Notes under the pieces: model-generated
The model's database searches: none
What the model saw: the letters and a program-made list of their open reading frames with translations, nothing else
Told to the model about the DNA's origin: nothing
Part shown: positions 1-30,791 of the stretch, one piece after another
How the letters are laid out: each line of letters begins with the position of its first letter
Position numbering within the stretch: the stretch's first letter is position 1
DNA from: the human T2T-CHM13v2.0 reference genome, Homo sapiens
Reading direction: 5' to 3' (one strand)
Length of the DNA stretch: 64,000 nt
Assembly (NCBI RefSeq): GCF_009914755.1
Contig: NC_060927.1
Translations under genes and position numbers: made by a program

Positions 1-25
1 AACTGTTATTAAAACAAAACCTTAC

Positions 26-81
26 TTGTCTGGGTTTTTCACTCTGAATGTTGCATTAAGCGCTTTTAACCTGGAGTCTGC
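26..81 (-). CDS. SNX4: SNX4 coding exon 6 (ADSRLKALNATFRVKNPD-K)
   Basis: Acceptor ttttccag|GCA at 81 and donor GACAA|gtaag at 26. Length 56 nt, phase 0 to 2; continues the frame of exon 5. Confidence 0.93.
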
Positions 82-460
82 CTGGAAAAAATAATTTGTT
101 CACTTAATACAATTACATTTCAGGGTATAAAATTCAAACAATTTTACTTTCCCTTTAGAATTAAGATGCTCAAGTACAGTTTTCTTCATATCAATTGTTG
201 TAAACACATTAAACATGCCTAAAAAAATAGCTTAGTAATTATTTTTGAAAACACTACAAAAACATACTATAAAATAGACTGAATACATGGCATTCAATGG
301 TACCAAAGTAAAACAACTGTACACACCAACCAATACACGAACAGGCATATAGCTCTGCATTATTAGAATTCGGAAGAGGTCATGTGAAAACAGTAGTTTT
401 TCTCTAGGCCAAGAAAGGCAATGATACGTATATATAAACTAAATGCAACTACTGCTTTCA

Positions 461-838
<378 letters not shown>

Positions 839-870
839 TTAGAAGAAAGAATATAGAAACACATGTACTA

Positions 871-1163
871 GGCCGGGCGCGGTGGCTCACGCTTGTAATC
901 CCAGCACTTTGGGAGGCCGAGGCAGGCGGAGCACGAGGTCAGGAGATCGAGACCACGGTGAAACGCTGTCTCTACTAAAAATACAAAAAATTAGCCAGGC
1001 GTGGTGGCGCGTGCCTGTAGTCCCAGCTACTCCGGAGAGGCTGAGGCAGGAGAATGGCGTGAACCCGGGAGGCGGAGCTTGCAGTGAGCCGAGATCGTGC
1101 CACGGCACTCCAGCCTGGGCGACAGAGTGAGACTCTGTCTCCAAAAAAAAAAAAAAAAAAAAA
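871..1163 (+). mobile_element. AluY of the Yd3/Yc3 lineage
   Basis: 12-bp left-arm deletion (GAGACC^ACGGTG), GCTTGTAATC and GGAGAGG diagnostics, TSD agaaa(c/t)acatgtacta. Confidence 0.8.
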
Positions 1164-2443
1164 GAAATACATGTACTAAGTAACACTCTACTAAATAAAA
1201 CAAGCTAGATTACAGCAATTACTTTCTAGCTAGCAGAAAATGTTGTAAGACAACACAACTTTTTAACTATTTTCTTCACTTATTTCTAGATAATTACTCT
1301 CAAAGAAGAAACTGAGGGATAAAACTAAATAATAATTTCACTGCATAAAATGTATACGTAACACATCCAAATCCTGTCCTGTCCTAAATTCTCATTAAAA
1401 AAACAAAAAAAAAAAGACAACCAAACAACTTTTCTAACCAAGGTAGAAGAACTATTAGGGTTCATAAAAGGTAGCTCAATCAGGAATCAATTTCTAAATG
1501 TGGTCTGGTTTTTAAAATCCCACCTTGAAAATTTTACACTATTACAACTTCCGAACCATAATTACAAATACTGTTAATGAATAAACAAACAAAACAAAAA
1601 TATTACTAAGGCTTCCCAGGTTACTTGGCTAAGAAAATAAAAACAAATATAACAAATATACTACTCACAAGTTCAGCCTCCTAGAACTCCAGACCAAAAG
1701 AGATTTAAAGGGCTATCTAAAGAATATCTAAAGTAGTTTATTTTGATTTTAGGGAATTCTCTTATGGAATTCTCCTATTTCTAAAATCAGTATTTCACAA
1801 ATTCTGGATCCTTCTTACATCTCAAGGAAAAATTAGCTAATATACATCAAAGTCCTTATAAATAAAAACACCTATGAATTTAAGGTATACATTAAAAATC
1901 ACTAAAAACCAAAGGCTCTTGTAAGTGTTCATGACTTCAGTCACATGCAAAATGTGATTCTTTAAATGAGGATGAAACTACATAAAACACTAAGAAAAAA
2001 ATATTCATTTGTATCTTTTCTTGAATCTCATGCTTTTTAACACCAGCAATTTATTTTTTACTTTTAAAGTCACCAATTTACCAATTTTTTAAAAGTCATA
2101 TAAATGTAAAGGGTCACCATTCTAACCTTTGCTAACCAAATGTTTTGTCAGATCAGGTCCATCTCCACACCCAACTCAATCTGCTCATTTCACAAGATTA
2201 CATAAAAAAGAGGAAGCTGACTAAAATGTCACCAAACCGCTGGATCTCTGAAAAACTACCTGGACTGTTCCAAATCTGATAGGTTATCGCCCACCTAATC
2301 AGATTCCCCATTCAACACCTAAAGATGCCCCTTAATTCATTATTGTTTCCTATGATCCTATTTTACTTCCTTTAAAACAGCATTATCTGAAATCATCTTG
2401 TTCACTTGATTCTTGGCTGTCCGTTAAGAATATAAGAGCCATA

Positions 2444-2852
<409 letters not shown>

Positions 2853-2983
2853 TTACCTGGTAAAGCACACCCAGTCTGGGCCTCCCTCTGAAGGAGCATT
2901 CCTCTTCCTTGGCCTCTGGTGACTTCACTGCAGGTTTCTTATCATCACTAATGTCTCAGCTCAAATGTAAGCTTTTTAAAGGA

Positions 2984-3172
2984 GGGTGACCATGTGGCCT
3001 GGTTTGCCCAGGAGAGTCCTGGTTTATAACTGTTGTCCTAATCTTTTTTTTTTTCAAGACAGAGTCTTGCTCCGTCACCCAGGCTGGAACACAACATGTG
3101 GTCCCCATCTTAAATGTCCCTATTTCCTCTCTAAAGGGGTCCCATTTGGATAATAAACTTTATGGTCACTCA
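2984..3172. mobile_element. MER96-like MITE with a short Alu fragment inside, embedded in L2 remnants (~2140-3420)
   Basis: Terminal inverted repeats agggtgacca ... tggtcact; internal cctggtttgcccagga. Confidence 0.6.
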
Positions 3173-3732
3173 TCTTAGGGTAACCCCTGAAAAATAATCC
3201 CTGCTGTCATATTCCCCAACAAGGACGATGCTTTATGTCCTTTATACTACTTATCACTATTTTAAAGTATCTTATTTTTTATTTAAATGCTAACTTAATG
3301 TCTCCAATCACTAAAATATAAGCTCCACAATAACACAGAGTTTATGAGTATTTCCAGCTCATTCACTACTGTATCCACAACGCTTAGAAGAGTACCTCAC
3401 ACTGTAGGCACCAGCATTTGGAATCTCCACATTGGATCTCTCAGAGTTCCTGTGCAATAACAAGATTAACAGAGATCCTAACTAAGGGCCCAGACCTTGG
3501 CTCTGGTAGTCCTTGCCCCAAGGAAGAGGCAGGGTCCAGGGTTCTTATGCATCAGCCTAAATTCATTTAAGGATTGGGTATTCAGAACAATGCTTTCATG
3601 ACTAACTATGTTAACTGAGTTAAAACGTTACTTTTATACTAAAGCAACTAGTTTGTATGTTCATTACTCTAGGGATAAACCCTTTGCTCTTCTTTCACTG
3701 AATTAAGTAAAATGAGTATTTATATTTTGTGT

Positions 3733-4694
<962 letters not shown>

Positions 4695-4904
4695 CTACAG
4701 ACAAAATATGTCTGAGAAAAGGAAAATTAAAGTAAGATAACATTTCAATTTGAGGACAACAATCCAAGAGCCAAGGTCAAATATTCTTATAAGATATGAC
4801 TATTTGGTCTCATTCAGAATGACCTCATGTTCACAGAAATAAAGCTTTCAACACTTCCTTTAACAACCATCTCTGCAAATATTAATTATATAATTAATAA
4901 GCAA

Positions 4905-5130
4905 GAGAGGTAATATGGGATGGTAATTAAGGAGGGCTTTCAGTTAGTCTAGACTTGGATTCAGCCTCTATCACTTGTAATTATGTGACCTTGGCTAAGT
5001 CACATTCTAGAGTTCCTCATCTAAAAAATGGGAATATTAACTCACCTCAAAGGTACTGAGGCAATATTGAGCAAAATAAACACAGTATAATTATAGTATA
5101 GTGCTTAGCACATAGTAAGCATATATGATT
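4905..5130 (+). mobile_element. MIR
   Basis: tgtgaccttggctaagtcac...ttcctcatctaaaaaatggg...gcacatagtaagc. Confidence 0.7.
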
Positions 5131-5865
5131 ATGGTAATACTCAGATAAGAAACTGTTTTAGATTCTAAAAAAAGTTTTCTTCTTTTTTACCGTTTTTGAC
5201 AATCTTTCTCAAATTATCTTCCTGAAAATAGTTTTCTTTATCGCCTTATAGCAACAGTTGTCAAGTTTTAGGCTAATGGGATGTACGTCTGGGATGAATT
5301 CAGTATTTTGAACAAACAATCCCATCAACTGAGTTACATGCAGTCCGCTGACCACATACTGAATTAAGAGTGCACAAGCAAAATTCTACTTTTTCTTGAG
5401 GCCTCCAGTTAACCATTACAAACAATTAATACTGAACTCATCTATGATACAGTGAAGCCCTAGGGGTTACAGGTGGGTAGGGATTTTGCCTCACGCCAAA
5501 TGTACCCATTCTGCGATGTGTGACTCACATACCACTGCTACCTCCTTTTCCGCTATCAGGCTCAGCTGTCAATTGTCACTACTGTCACAATGTGCCTGTC
5601 TCCACTCACTTTTTAATCCTCTGCTAAAATAGGCTGTAACCTAAAAAACAGCAAAATTTGTCTGAATACCTATAATAAAATTAATGGGTCTGCTACAGGA
5701 AGACCAAAGTATAGTAGTAAAGTATAGCAGGAAGCCATGTTACATCCCCTTGAACATCTCAGAAGTCAGTTTTGCTTAAGTCCCAGCTTTCAACTGTGAT
5801 CAGATTAGCTGTAACTGCCAAACATATGACCTCCAGATAAGTGAAATGTGACACACTCATTCTCT

Positions 5866-5867
<2 letters not shown>

Positions 5868-5900
<33 letters not shown>

Positions 5901-5919
5901 CACATACACACACACACAC
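5868..5919. repeat. (TA)n-(CA)n compound microsatellite
   Basis: Read directly from the sequence. Confidence 0.9.
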
Positions 5920-7963
5920 GTATGTTATTTACATATGATTGTGGACATTTGTATGATGTACACATGTATATGAGGCTATGCAAAAAGGTCCCATTTCCCT
6001 GATGGGAGGAAGGACTTAAAACAAGAAACATCCACAACAAAATAAGGAATACAGAGAGACACATGGGTTTCCGAATTCTCTCCATCAATTTTATTTCTGG
6101 CTCACTACATTAGAAGTCTGATGTTTTGAATTATTAATTCTGTATACTGATATTACCTTTCAAATACTTTTCAAAAGTATAATACATAAGGCTCCCCCAC
6201 AATGAAACATTCTATCTAAATACTTAAGCAGCACCTACACATAAGATTCAAGGCACTGGTAAATAGCAATTTTATAATGATGGAGAAACTCCAGAGTTTT
6301 CTCAGAATCACTAAAGTTACGGCCAAAAACTGTATTCAAAGACAAAAACTGATAACTATTAACTGCAGTAAAGACTTAATGACTAGAATTTTTAAATTTT
6401 TTGTTATATAAAGAGAATTCACTAAAATGATTGTATTTTAATCTTTTCCTTGTTAGCTTTTAACATATCAAACTATTTTTCAGAAAACTCTATCTAAACA
6501 TAAATCGGTTTTTAAACTTCCAAGTTATTTCAGATCCATCCCTAAACTCAAATTCTACCATTCTCTCTGAGTGTTATAAAGTGATGAATTACAGCCAAGA
6601 AAATTCTAATTGTTTCAGTAGAACTGTCAACTAAATATTTATAGCTAGGCACAGTAAAACTAGCACTTCGGGAGGCTGAGGAGAGAGAATCGATTGAGCC
6701 CAGGAGTTCGAAACTAGCCTGGGCAACATAGTGAGACCTCATCTCTACAAAAGAAAAATTTTAAAATTAGCTAGGTATGGTGGCACGCGCCTGTAGTCTC
6801 AGCTACTTGGGAGGCTGAGGCAGGCGGATCGCTTGAGTCCAGGAGTTCAAGGCTGCAGTGAGCCATGATCACACCACTGCACTCTGGCCTGGGTGACAGA
6901 GCAAGACTCTGTCTCAAAATCATAAAAACTCCAAAATATTTATAAATTAGAATCAGTTTATGACAGAACTGGTTTATCATATTTTCTCTGCAGAAAAAAA
7001 TTTTCCTCCTTCTAGTCTGTTTTGTGCCAAATTTCAAATATCTATGGGCCAATGCATGGGAAGTGTTTTTTAAATTACTGTAAAAAAATTTTCTTCTTCT
7101 TGTCTAGACATATTATATTGAACTTTTGGTACTGTATTATCATGTGAGTCATTGAACAATTTATATTATGTTATATATCAATTTATATTCTGTTAGTCTA
7201 CTTACCTATTCAGTTTACACCAGAGATGAAAACTTTAAAAAGTTTGTAATAACCTTTGTTGTATTTCTTTTAGGGAAGAAATAAACAGCAGCATAGAACT
7301 CAAGTGTCCAGCTTACCACTACTAATGCTCCTTGATTTTCAGATCATCATCTCATTCCCAAACACTAATTCTAATGACTAAATTTAAAAAGCTGTTACAA
7401 AAACTAAATAATCCTGTACCACTAACAGATAAAACTTAGAACTATTTAAAAATGACTCCTTTGTCCCCATTTCAAACTGACCACCATGTCTCAACAGACA
7501 GAAGAAGCATGACTAAGGGCTTATCTTTTAGACTGCTAAGGTTGGACTCTTTCATATGTGATAGAGTGAGCAACTGTCGGGGGCAGGGATACGAATGGAA
7601 ACAGGACAGAAGAAAAAAAGAGGCAAGGTATAATACTAGTACACTGGGGAAAATCTACAACTTGTATTTAAATTACTGCTTCATTACTATAAACACTAAC
7701 TAAAAAAAAAAAAAAAAAAATTCACTGTTACAAAATGTTCTTTCCCTGTAGAATAAATTTGCCCATTATAGTCTCATAAGTAACTAAAATTACACAAATC
7801 AAAAGTGAATTGTAGTGTTTCTTTGAAAACCTTACCAATGATATTTATTGTAAGACGATTTCCAACATTCATTTATTCAATAAATACCAAGTTCCCAATG
7901 AGTGCATGTCACCATGCTGGGAACTGTAAAGGAACATGGCAAATTTCATATAAATATTCTTAC

Positions 7964-8011
7964 CTTCAGCTGAAACCCAGTTTCATTCACAGTCTCCTTC
8001 CAGTTACCTTC
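7964..8011 (-). CDS. SNX4: SNX4 coding exon 5 (EGNWKETVNETGFQLK)
   Basis: tttttag|GAA ... AAG|gtaag. Length 48 nt, phase 0-0. Confidence 0.95.
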
Positions 8012-8456
8012 CTAAAAATTGAAGTTAATTTTAGAAATCATTATTGCAAAGCAAATATTCCAAATTAAGTAAATTAAATTTCTATCATTCTGTTCTTACT
8101 TCAGCAGGAATTGGAGAGAGAAGTTTAAAAAAATTTCTTTTCACTTCAAAATTAAACATTCAATCCAACTTCTAAAAGATTACCAAAGGTGAACCCAAGA
8201 TTTTATAGATCTGGGCTTCAAAATACTGAAGACAAATTTTAATATTATTTAAATGATACCAAAAATACCATCATCAGTATCTTTAAATAGAAAAAGTTAA
8301 CCAAAAGAATGACATAATCCATTAATTAGAAATTCATAACAAAAAATAAATTGCATATAAATTAATGAAAAGATCCTTAAAATAAGTATTCTACAATTTT
8401 TTTAAGAAACCCAAATTAAATGAATATTTTACTAAGACTAAATAAAAGAAAAATAC

Positions 8457-8606
8457 CTGTGTTAAAAACAGATAGAAGATTTTGTCTCTACAAAGGATGG
8501 GATGTGAAGCAATCCTCAAGAGAAAGTTTTCTAAACCAATCCGTCGCCTCTCCACAAAATCTGGATCCATGTTGTCAGCAGAGAGTTTATGCCAAACAAA
8601 TTCTGC
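8457..8606 (-). CDS. SNX4: SNX4 coding exon 4, PX domain C-terminal half (AEFVWHKLSADNMDPDFVERRRIGLENFLLRIASHPILCRDKIFYLFLTQ)
   Basis: cctag|GCA ... CAG|gtatt. Length 150 nt. Carries the PX motif FVERRRxGLExFL. Confidence 0.96.
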
Positions 8607-8681
8607 CTAGGTAAACAAAATAATCATTAAGAATAGTCTCAATGCTGAATACTTCTAAACTACTGCCATTTCACTTCTTAC

Positions 8682-8817
8682 CCGTTTTTCTGGCAGAGGT
8701 GGCACAACAATATGTGGATAGTAAACTAAAAGGTAGCTTCTCAACAACTCAAATTCACTATATCGCCGCCATAGTGAGTCTGTTAGGACACTCTGACCAT
8801 CGGTATGTTCAACTGAC
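8682..8817 (-). CDS. SNX4: SNX4 coding exon 3, PX domain (SVEHTDGQSVLTDSLWRRYSEFELLRSYLLVYYPHIVVPPLPEKR)
   Basis: ttttcag|G ... CGG|gtaag. Length 136 nt. Carries the PX signatures RRYSEF and PPLPEK. Confidence 0.97.
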
Positions 8818-9199
8818 CTGAAAAGGAACAGAACAACACTTGTTATTTTTTATAAACAAAAATACATACACATAAATACAATCACCTTTAAAATTATAAC
8901 TACAGAATGATTATGAACCAGGCACTAAGTAAAGAACTTTTCATACATTTTTCTTTTTTTTCAAGACAGGGTCCCACTGTCGCTCAGGTTGGAGTGCAGT
9001 GGTGCAATCACCACTTACTGCAGCCTTCGCCTCCTGGGCTCAGGCAATCCTCCCACCTCAGCCTCCTGAGTAGCTGGGACCACAGGCACATGTCACCACA
9101 TTGGCTAATACTTTAATTTTTTGTAAAGATGGGGTCCAGCTATGTTGCCCAGGCTGGTGTCAAACTCCTGGGCTTAAGCCATCCTCCTGCCTTGGCCTC

Positions 9200-9370
9200 A
9201 TGTATTTTCATATTTAATCCTTATGACAACCCTGTGAGGCAGAGATTTATTATCCTCATTTTACAGATGAGGACACAGCTGCACAGTATATGCTCTGCCT
9301 ATGATCACAAAGGTCTGTGGATAAAGCACTCAGATCCATCTGATTTCAAAGCCCTTACTCCTAACCACTT
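9200..9370 (-). mobile_element. MIR
   Basis: tttaatccttatgacaaccctgtgagg...ttatcctcattttacagatgagga. Confidence 0.7.
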
Positions 9371-10386
9371 TCTTTCTGTTACAGAAAGCCTGTTTAAACA
9401 TAAGAGAAACAGTTTTATTAGGAACACTCTAAAAGCCTTAATGCATAAATAATTGATTTTATAATATGATAAAATCTAGTTTAGCTAGTGTTTCATTAAA
9501 TAAAAAGCATTTTTAACTTCACTTCTGCCAAAATGAGAGAATAACATTCACAACAAAGACCAAGACACCACAAAAACTTCAATTTAGGTTATTAATAAAT
9601 CAGATTAATCCAAGTACCAAGAAATATCCAAAAGAACAAAATATTAGTTAGCTCTGAAAGAGTGGCGAAGAGGGGTCATAAAAATTCATCTCCAGTCTTA
9701 CTTTTAATTATAAAGGGCTGGTAGGCAATGCCATGTCTCATACATACAAAAGTTCAATTTACTTTTGGCAGAAAGTTAAGGTAAAATCATATAAAGGATA
9801 TTTTAAATATTTTGACTACTTAGGATTTCTTGCCAGCATAAGTAAGACCTATTAGGAAGCACCAGTCTTCTAAACATTATCAGGACCTTGCTATTTTCTA
9901 ATTTGCTTGACAATAACCTGTTTGCCCTCCATGAAATGCACAAGGTGTATTTGTACATTAGGACAAAAAGTCACAGAACTTAAATCAGTCTCCAAATAGT
10001 CTAGAGAAAGTATTTACATCATGCCATGCTCAGCACAATAGATGCTCATTTTTATCATTTTTTAAGTTTGCTACTAAATTTATTCATTGCATATTAATAA
10101 AAATGAACCAAAATATGAAATGCAAAATTCACAAATGGCTCCCATGGCAAAAAAATAGAATTATTAAATCATAATTCATTTTAAAGAGTATACCTAGACA
10201 TTAGTTATAACTAATACTATCCCAATTACAATGCCCAACTTCAGCTGAAAAATACTTGGGTTAATCTCAAGTTTCAAATTATTCAAAATCACTACCAACA
10301 AAACCCAAAACTTGTAAATAAGTGGATAAATAAAGCCTATAAGCAGTACACCTACAGGGCTGATAGAAGGTCTGCATAAGTGTTTA

Positions 10387-15927
<5,541 letters not shown>

Positions 15928-15940
15928 TAAAAACACATTA

Positions 15941-21854
<5,914 letters not shown>

Positions 21855-23408
21855 AAACACATTATAAAAATATGAATGATCCTCAATATTGATATCTAAT
21901 TTGGGGTTTAACCAAAATCGAATCTCTCTCTCTCTCAAAAGTCAAATATTATACATATGCCGAAAGGCAAGATTATCAGCAGTTAGCATAATTTTTTTTT
22001 TTTAACAATCAGGAGTCATCTTATATTAAACTTTAAATTCATCTAAACTTTTGGCAGTGGTTAATAGGCTCCACCCTTGAGGCAGCAGAGTTTTAAGAAG
22101 AGCAGACTCCTTTCTTTTCCCACTAGAATATCTCAGGTCTATACCAAAAGGTGAAAAAGAACAATAAATACACCACTGGCAGACCCTAGGCCATATGTTT
22201 CAGAAAGTGCATCACTGCAGAAAGGTTTCAAATACACCCAAACTAACTCCAAGTCTAAACAAGGAAGAGAAAGTGAGACCACAGGATAACTGCTATGCTA
22301 TGGCTTTTTTTTTCTTCTTTGCTCACTGTCAAAATTGAGGTGGGTTTTAACTTAATTTAAAATATTGTACTGTATTATAATTGGAGTGTTTTATGAAGGA
22401 GAGATAAAAGTAGAAACTCAGTGCAGCAAAGGGTACAAGAAAAAGCTACACATATCAAATTAAACCTAGCCACTATAAGGTCTGAAAGAGGTCTGTGACA
22501 GTGCAAAAATATGAATCAGGAATGAAAACAGATGATACACTACATAGCTCTCCCAAAACGTACAGGAAAAATGAGGAAGAAGGTAAAAATGCTAAAAGAA
22601 GATAAAGAAAAAGAGCCAACCCAGTGGGTTGAAATCAGCCAACAAAAACAAAAATCTCAGTCCTCAAGGCATTTTTATAAAATATAAGTTTTTATATATT
22701 TATGTACTAAGAAAATAAGAGAGACAGCAGGAAATCATCAACCAAAAGAAAGCTCAAGAAATCACCTAAGCACAAGCCACCCAACATCAGGGTTGGTTAT
22801 GAAGCCCTCATTGGTTGACACATACATATATACATGTATTAATAATACATTCTGGCCCACAGCCAAGCATTTTGATTTACCATCTGCTCCAGTGACAAAT
22901 TCGCTGAATTCTGAAAGCACATTCTGATAAAGCAAGTTATTAATATCTCCCCAGTCAAAAAGATAAGACATATGAATCATAAATTGACCCTGTCATACCA
23001 TCCAGTTACAAAGAAGGAAAAAAGATAAAAGCATAAAATCAGCTATCATAAAAGCTAAAGAATACAAACAGGCACACAACAATAATACCAGTAGGGTTGG
23101 TAGATGATATAAAATTACTGAAACTGTCAGTAGTAAAGTACAGAACAGTGCCAAGAATAACACAACTGAACACCATAATTGTTAAAAGGACACATTCAAC
23201 AGATTTAAAGATGGACTGGCTTGTTGAATGGCAGATGAGACCAGGGACCTTTTAAAGAGACACCTAATTTTTATTTTATTTTTAAATATTATGCGTAGAG
23301 AAGAGGTATCGCTATGTTGCCTAGGCTGGTCTCAAACTCCCGGGCTCAAGCAATCCTCTCACCTCAGTGCAGGGTCAACAGATACAACAACTTTTTTTTT
23401 TTTTTTGA

Positions 23409-23612
<204 letters not shown>

Positions 23613-23664
23613 TAGCCTGTCTGTGCTTCAGTTTCCTCATGTGGAAAACAGAGATAATAGTACC

Positions 23665-24028
23665 TGCAATAAATGGAATGTTTGTGTCCTCCTAAAATGT
23701 GTATGTTAAAATCCTAACACTCAAGGTGATGGTATTAGGAGGTGGGGCCTTTGGAAAGATTAGGACATGAGGGTAGGGCCCTCATAAGTGGGGTTAGTGC
23801 CCTGATAAAAGAGACCCCAGAGAGTTCCTCTCCTCCTTCCACCATGTGAGGACACAGTGAAAAGACAGCCTACAATGAGCCAGGAAGCAGCCCTCACCAG
23901 TCACTGAATCTGCCAGTTCCTTAATCTTGGACTTCCCAGCCTCGAAGACTGTAAGCAATTCATTGCTATTGTTTATAAGCCACTCAGTCTTTGGTACCTT
24001 GTTATAGCAGCCCGAACAGACTAAGACA
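23665..24028 (+). mobile_element. MLT1A-like solo LTR inserted into a MIR
   Basis: Ends GTTATAGCAGCCCGAACAGACTAAGACA. TSD GTACC. MIR core sequence continues on both sides (~23610-24120). Confidence 0.82.
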
Positions 24029-24456
24029 GTACCTAATTCACAAAGTCATCGGGAACATTTAATGGGTTAATGCATATCAAGAGTTTTTAAAGTTGCTTGG
24101 CATACAGCAAGAGCTCAAGTATTACTTTTCCGCCATTATTTTTAGATTTAAATTTTTTGATGATGAAAATTATACATGCTAAATGTACAAACACTGAAAA
24201 AAATTAAGTAAATATAAATCATCTGTATCCCACAACCCAGCACTAACCACTGTTACTATAATGGTATACTTCCTTATCACCTTTTTTCTAGGCGTGATGC
24301 TTCCGTGTTACTGAAACATTCAGAGAGTTAAGGATAAGAACCACCTATTGAAATCACTTCCTTTTGGGGCTCTGTCTACACAGATCAGAGGTAGCTGGTA
24401 CTAGGTTAAAAATGTTGTGTTTACTAATAGTGATGCTTACTTCAGCAGTAAATAAC

Positions 24457-24807
24457 TTAGTTCAGGCTGCTATAACAAATGACCATAGACTGGGTGATTT
24501 GTAAACAACAGAAATTTATTGCTCACAGTCCCGGAGGCTGGGAAGTCAGAGATCAAGGAACTGGCAGATTCCGCTAGGGTCTGCTTCCTGGTTCACAGAC
24601 AGCTGTGTTTCACTGTATCTTCATATGGCTGGAAAAAAGGAGACTTCTGGATTTTTTTTTTTTTTTAAAGGGCACTAATCCCACTCACGAAGCCTCCATC
24701 CTCATGATCTAATCACCTTCCAAAGGCCCTTCCACCAAACACCATCACAATGGGATTAGGTTTCAACATATGAATTTTGGGGAGACAGAAACATTCAATC
24801 CAAAGCA
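24457..24807 (-). mobile_element. MLT1A-like solo LTR
   Basis: ggctgctataacaaa...catagactgggtg...atgaattttggggagaca pattern, with ATAAC on both flanks. Confidence 0.75.
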
Positions 24808-24916
24808 ATAACTAAGAAAAATAGGGTTATAACATATGACCAGTTCTCTTGTGCTTTTTTCTATAAAAATACTTTTAAAATAACAGCAGAGCTATTCAGA
24901 AAACATTAATTTTTAA

Positions 24917-26349
<1,433 letters not shown>

Positions 26350-26379
26350 AGGTAGAAAATGGTTTTTAAAAGTTCTTGG

Positions 26380-29770
<3,391 letters not shown>

Positions 29771-30556
29771 CACACAAAAGGAGACTTTGGGCAGGGTGGT
29801 CTGATGTGGAGCACTGCAGTTAGTTTCTTAAAGGTTTCAATATAAGCAGGTCTACAAATCTTGAATTGTATATACAAACACTTTGTAATGAAAGCACTTA
29901 CAAATATAAGATGATACATTTTTCCCCTTTTCCTCAAGCAAATGAAAATCACTAATTACTAAAGGGTCTTCAAAAAGTACATGGGTTATCAATAAGTCTC
30001 CAATGGGAAACACAGCACTTCCCCCAAAACAAAGAAATTACAGCCAAATGAGGAGTCTAAAAAATGTTTTCTCATTTGTACCTTTTCTTGAAGCTGACAT
30101 TTTCTTCAATTTCCTGATGGCAGCACCAGGCCAACCACCCTTATTGGCCCTGACCTGCACCTCACTCTAGTCCCCCATTCCCTTCCTTCTCAAGCACTGT
30201 TGCCCACTCCCCACTGTGTCCCTTTAAGCTACTCCCCAGCAAAACCCCTTAGCAACTGGCTGAAACATCAGCGTTCTTCTCACGGTCCAGATCTCCCAGC
30301 TACGCGACCACTGAAAACCCCCTCCTCCAGCCTCGCCCATCCGGGGCCCAGACCCCCACGCCTGCGGGGGCGCCCCCCCGCGTCCCTTTCCCTCCCCTTC
30401 GCAGTCTCGACACTTCCCTCAGTCACCCGCAGCGCCTGGCGCTCGCCCCACACCCAGCACCCTGTTTTTCCACTGAGCCTCCTCTCACTGCACCTGCGGA
30501 CCCCGCCTTTCCACCTCGCTCCCCCTCACTGCTGGGCCTCCTCGGCCGAGCCCACT

Positions 30557-30601
30557 GGCCCGGCCCAGCCCAGCCCAGCCCAGCCCAGCCCAGCCCGGCC
30601 C
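30557..30601 (-). repeat. (GGGCT/GGGCC)n pentamer repeat, nine G-triplets on the SNX4 sense strand
   Basis: Plus strand reads ggcc cggcc (cagcc)x6 cggcc c. Confidence 0.9.
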
Positions 30602-30650
30602 GCTAGGCCACCACACAGGCCATGAGGGCTCTGCCGCCCCTTCTCCTCAC

Positions 30651-30791
30651 CGTGTCGACCCCAGAGCTCTCTTCTCCGGCCCCCTCCGCTTCCTTGCCGA
30701 CCGCAGCCCCCAGCCCAGCGTCTGGGGAGCCCAGCGGCTCCAAGGGCGCCGGCTGGAGCTGCCGCTCGGGGTCCGGAGGTGCCTGCTCCAT
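30651..30791 (-). CDS. SNX4: SNX4 coding exon 1 (MEQAPPDPERQLQPAPLEPLGSPDAGLGAAVGKEAEGAGEESSGVDT)
   Basis: Strong Kozak gcagccATGG at 30791 and donor ACG|gtgagg. 47 codons, inside the CpG island; matches the SNX4 N-terminus. Confidence 0.96.

Noticed and set aside
5297-5365. Inverted repeat aattcagtat ... atactgaatt
   Set aside because: Only 10 bp with a long unpaired interior; probably a DNA-transposon relic or chance, not a supportable RNA gene.
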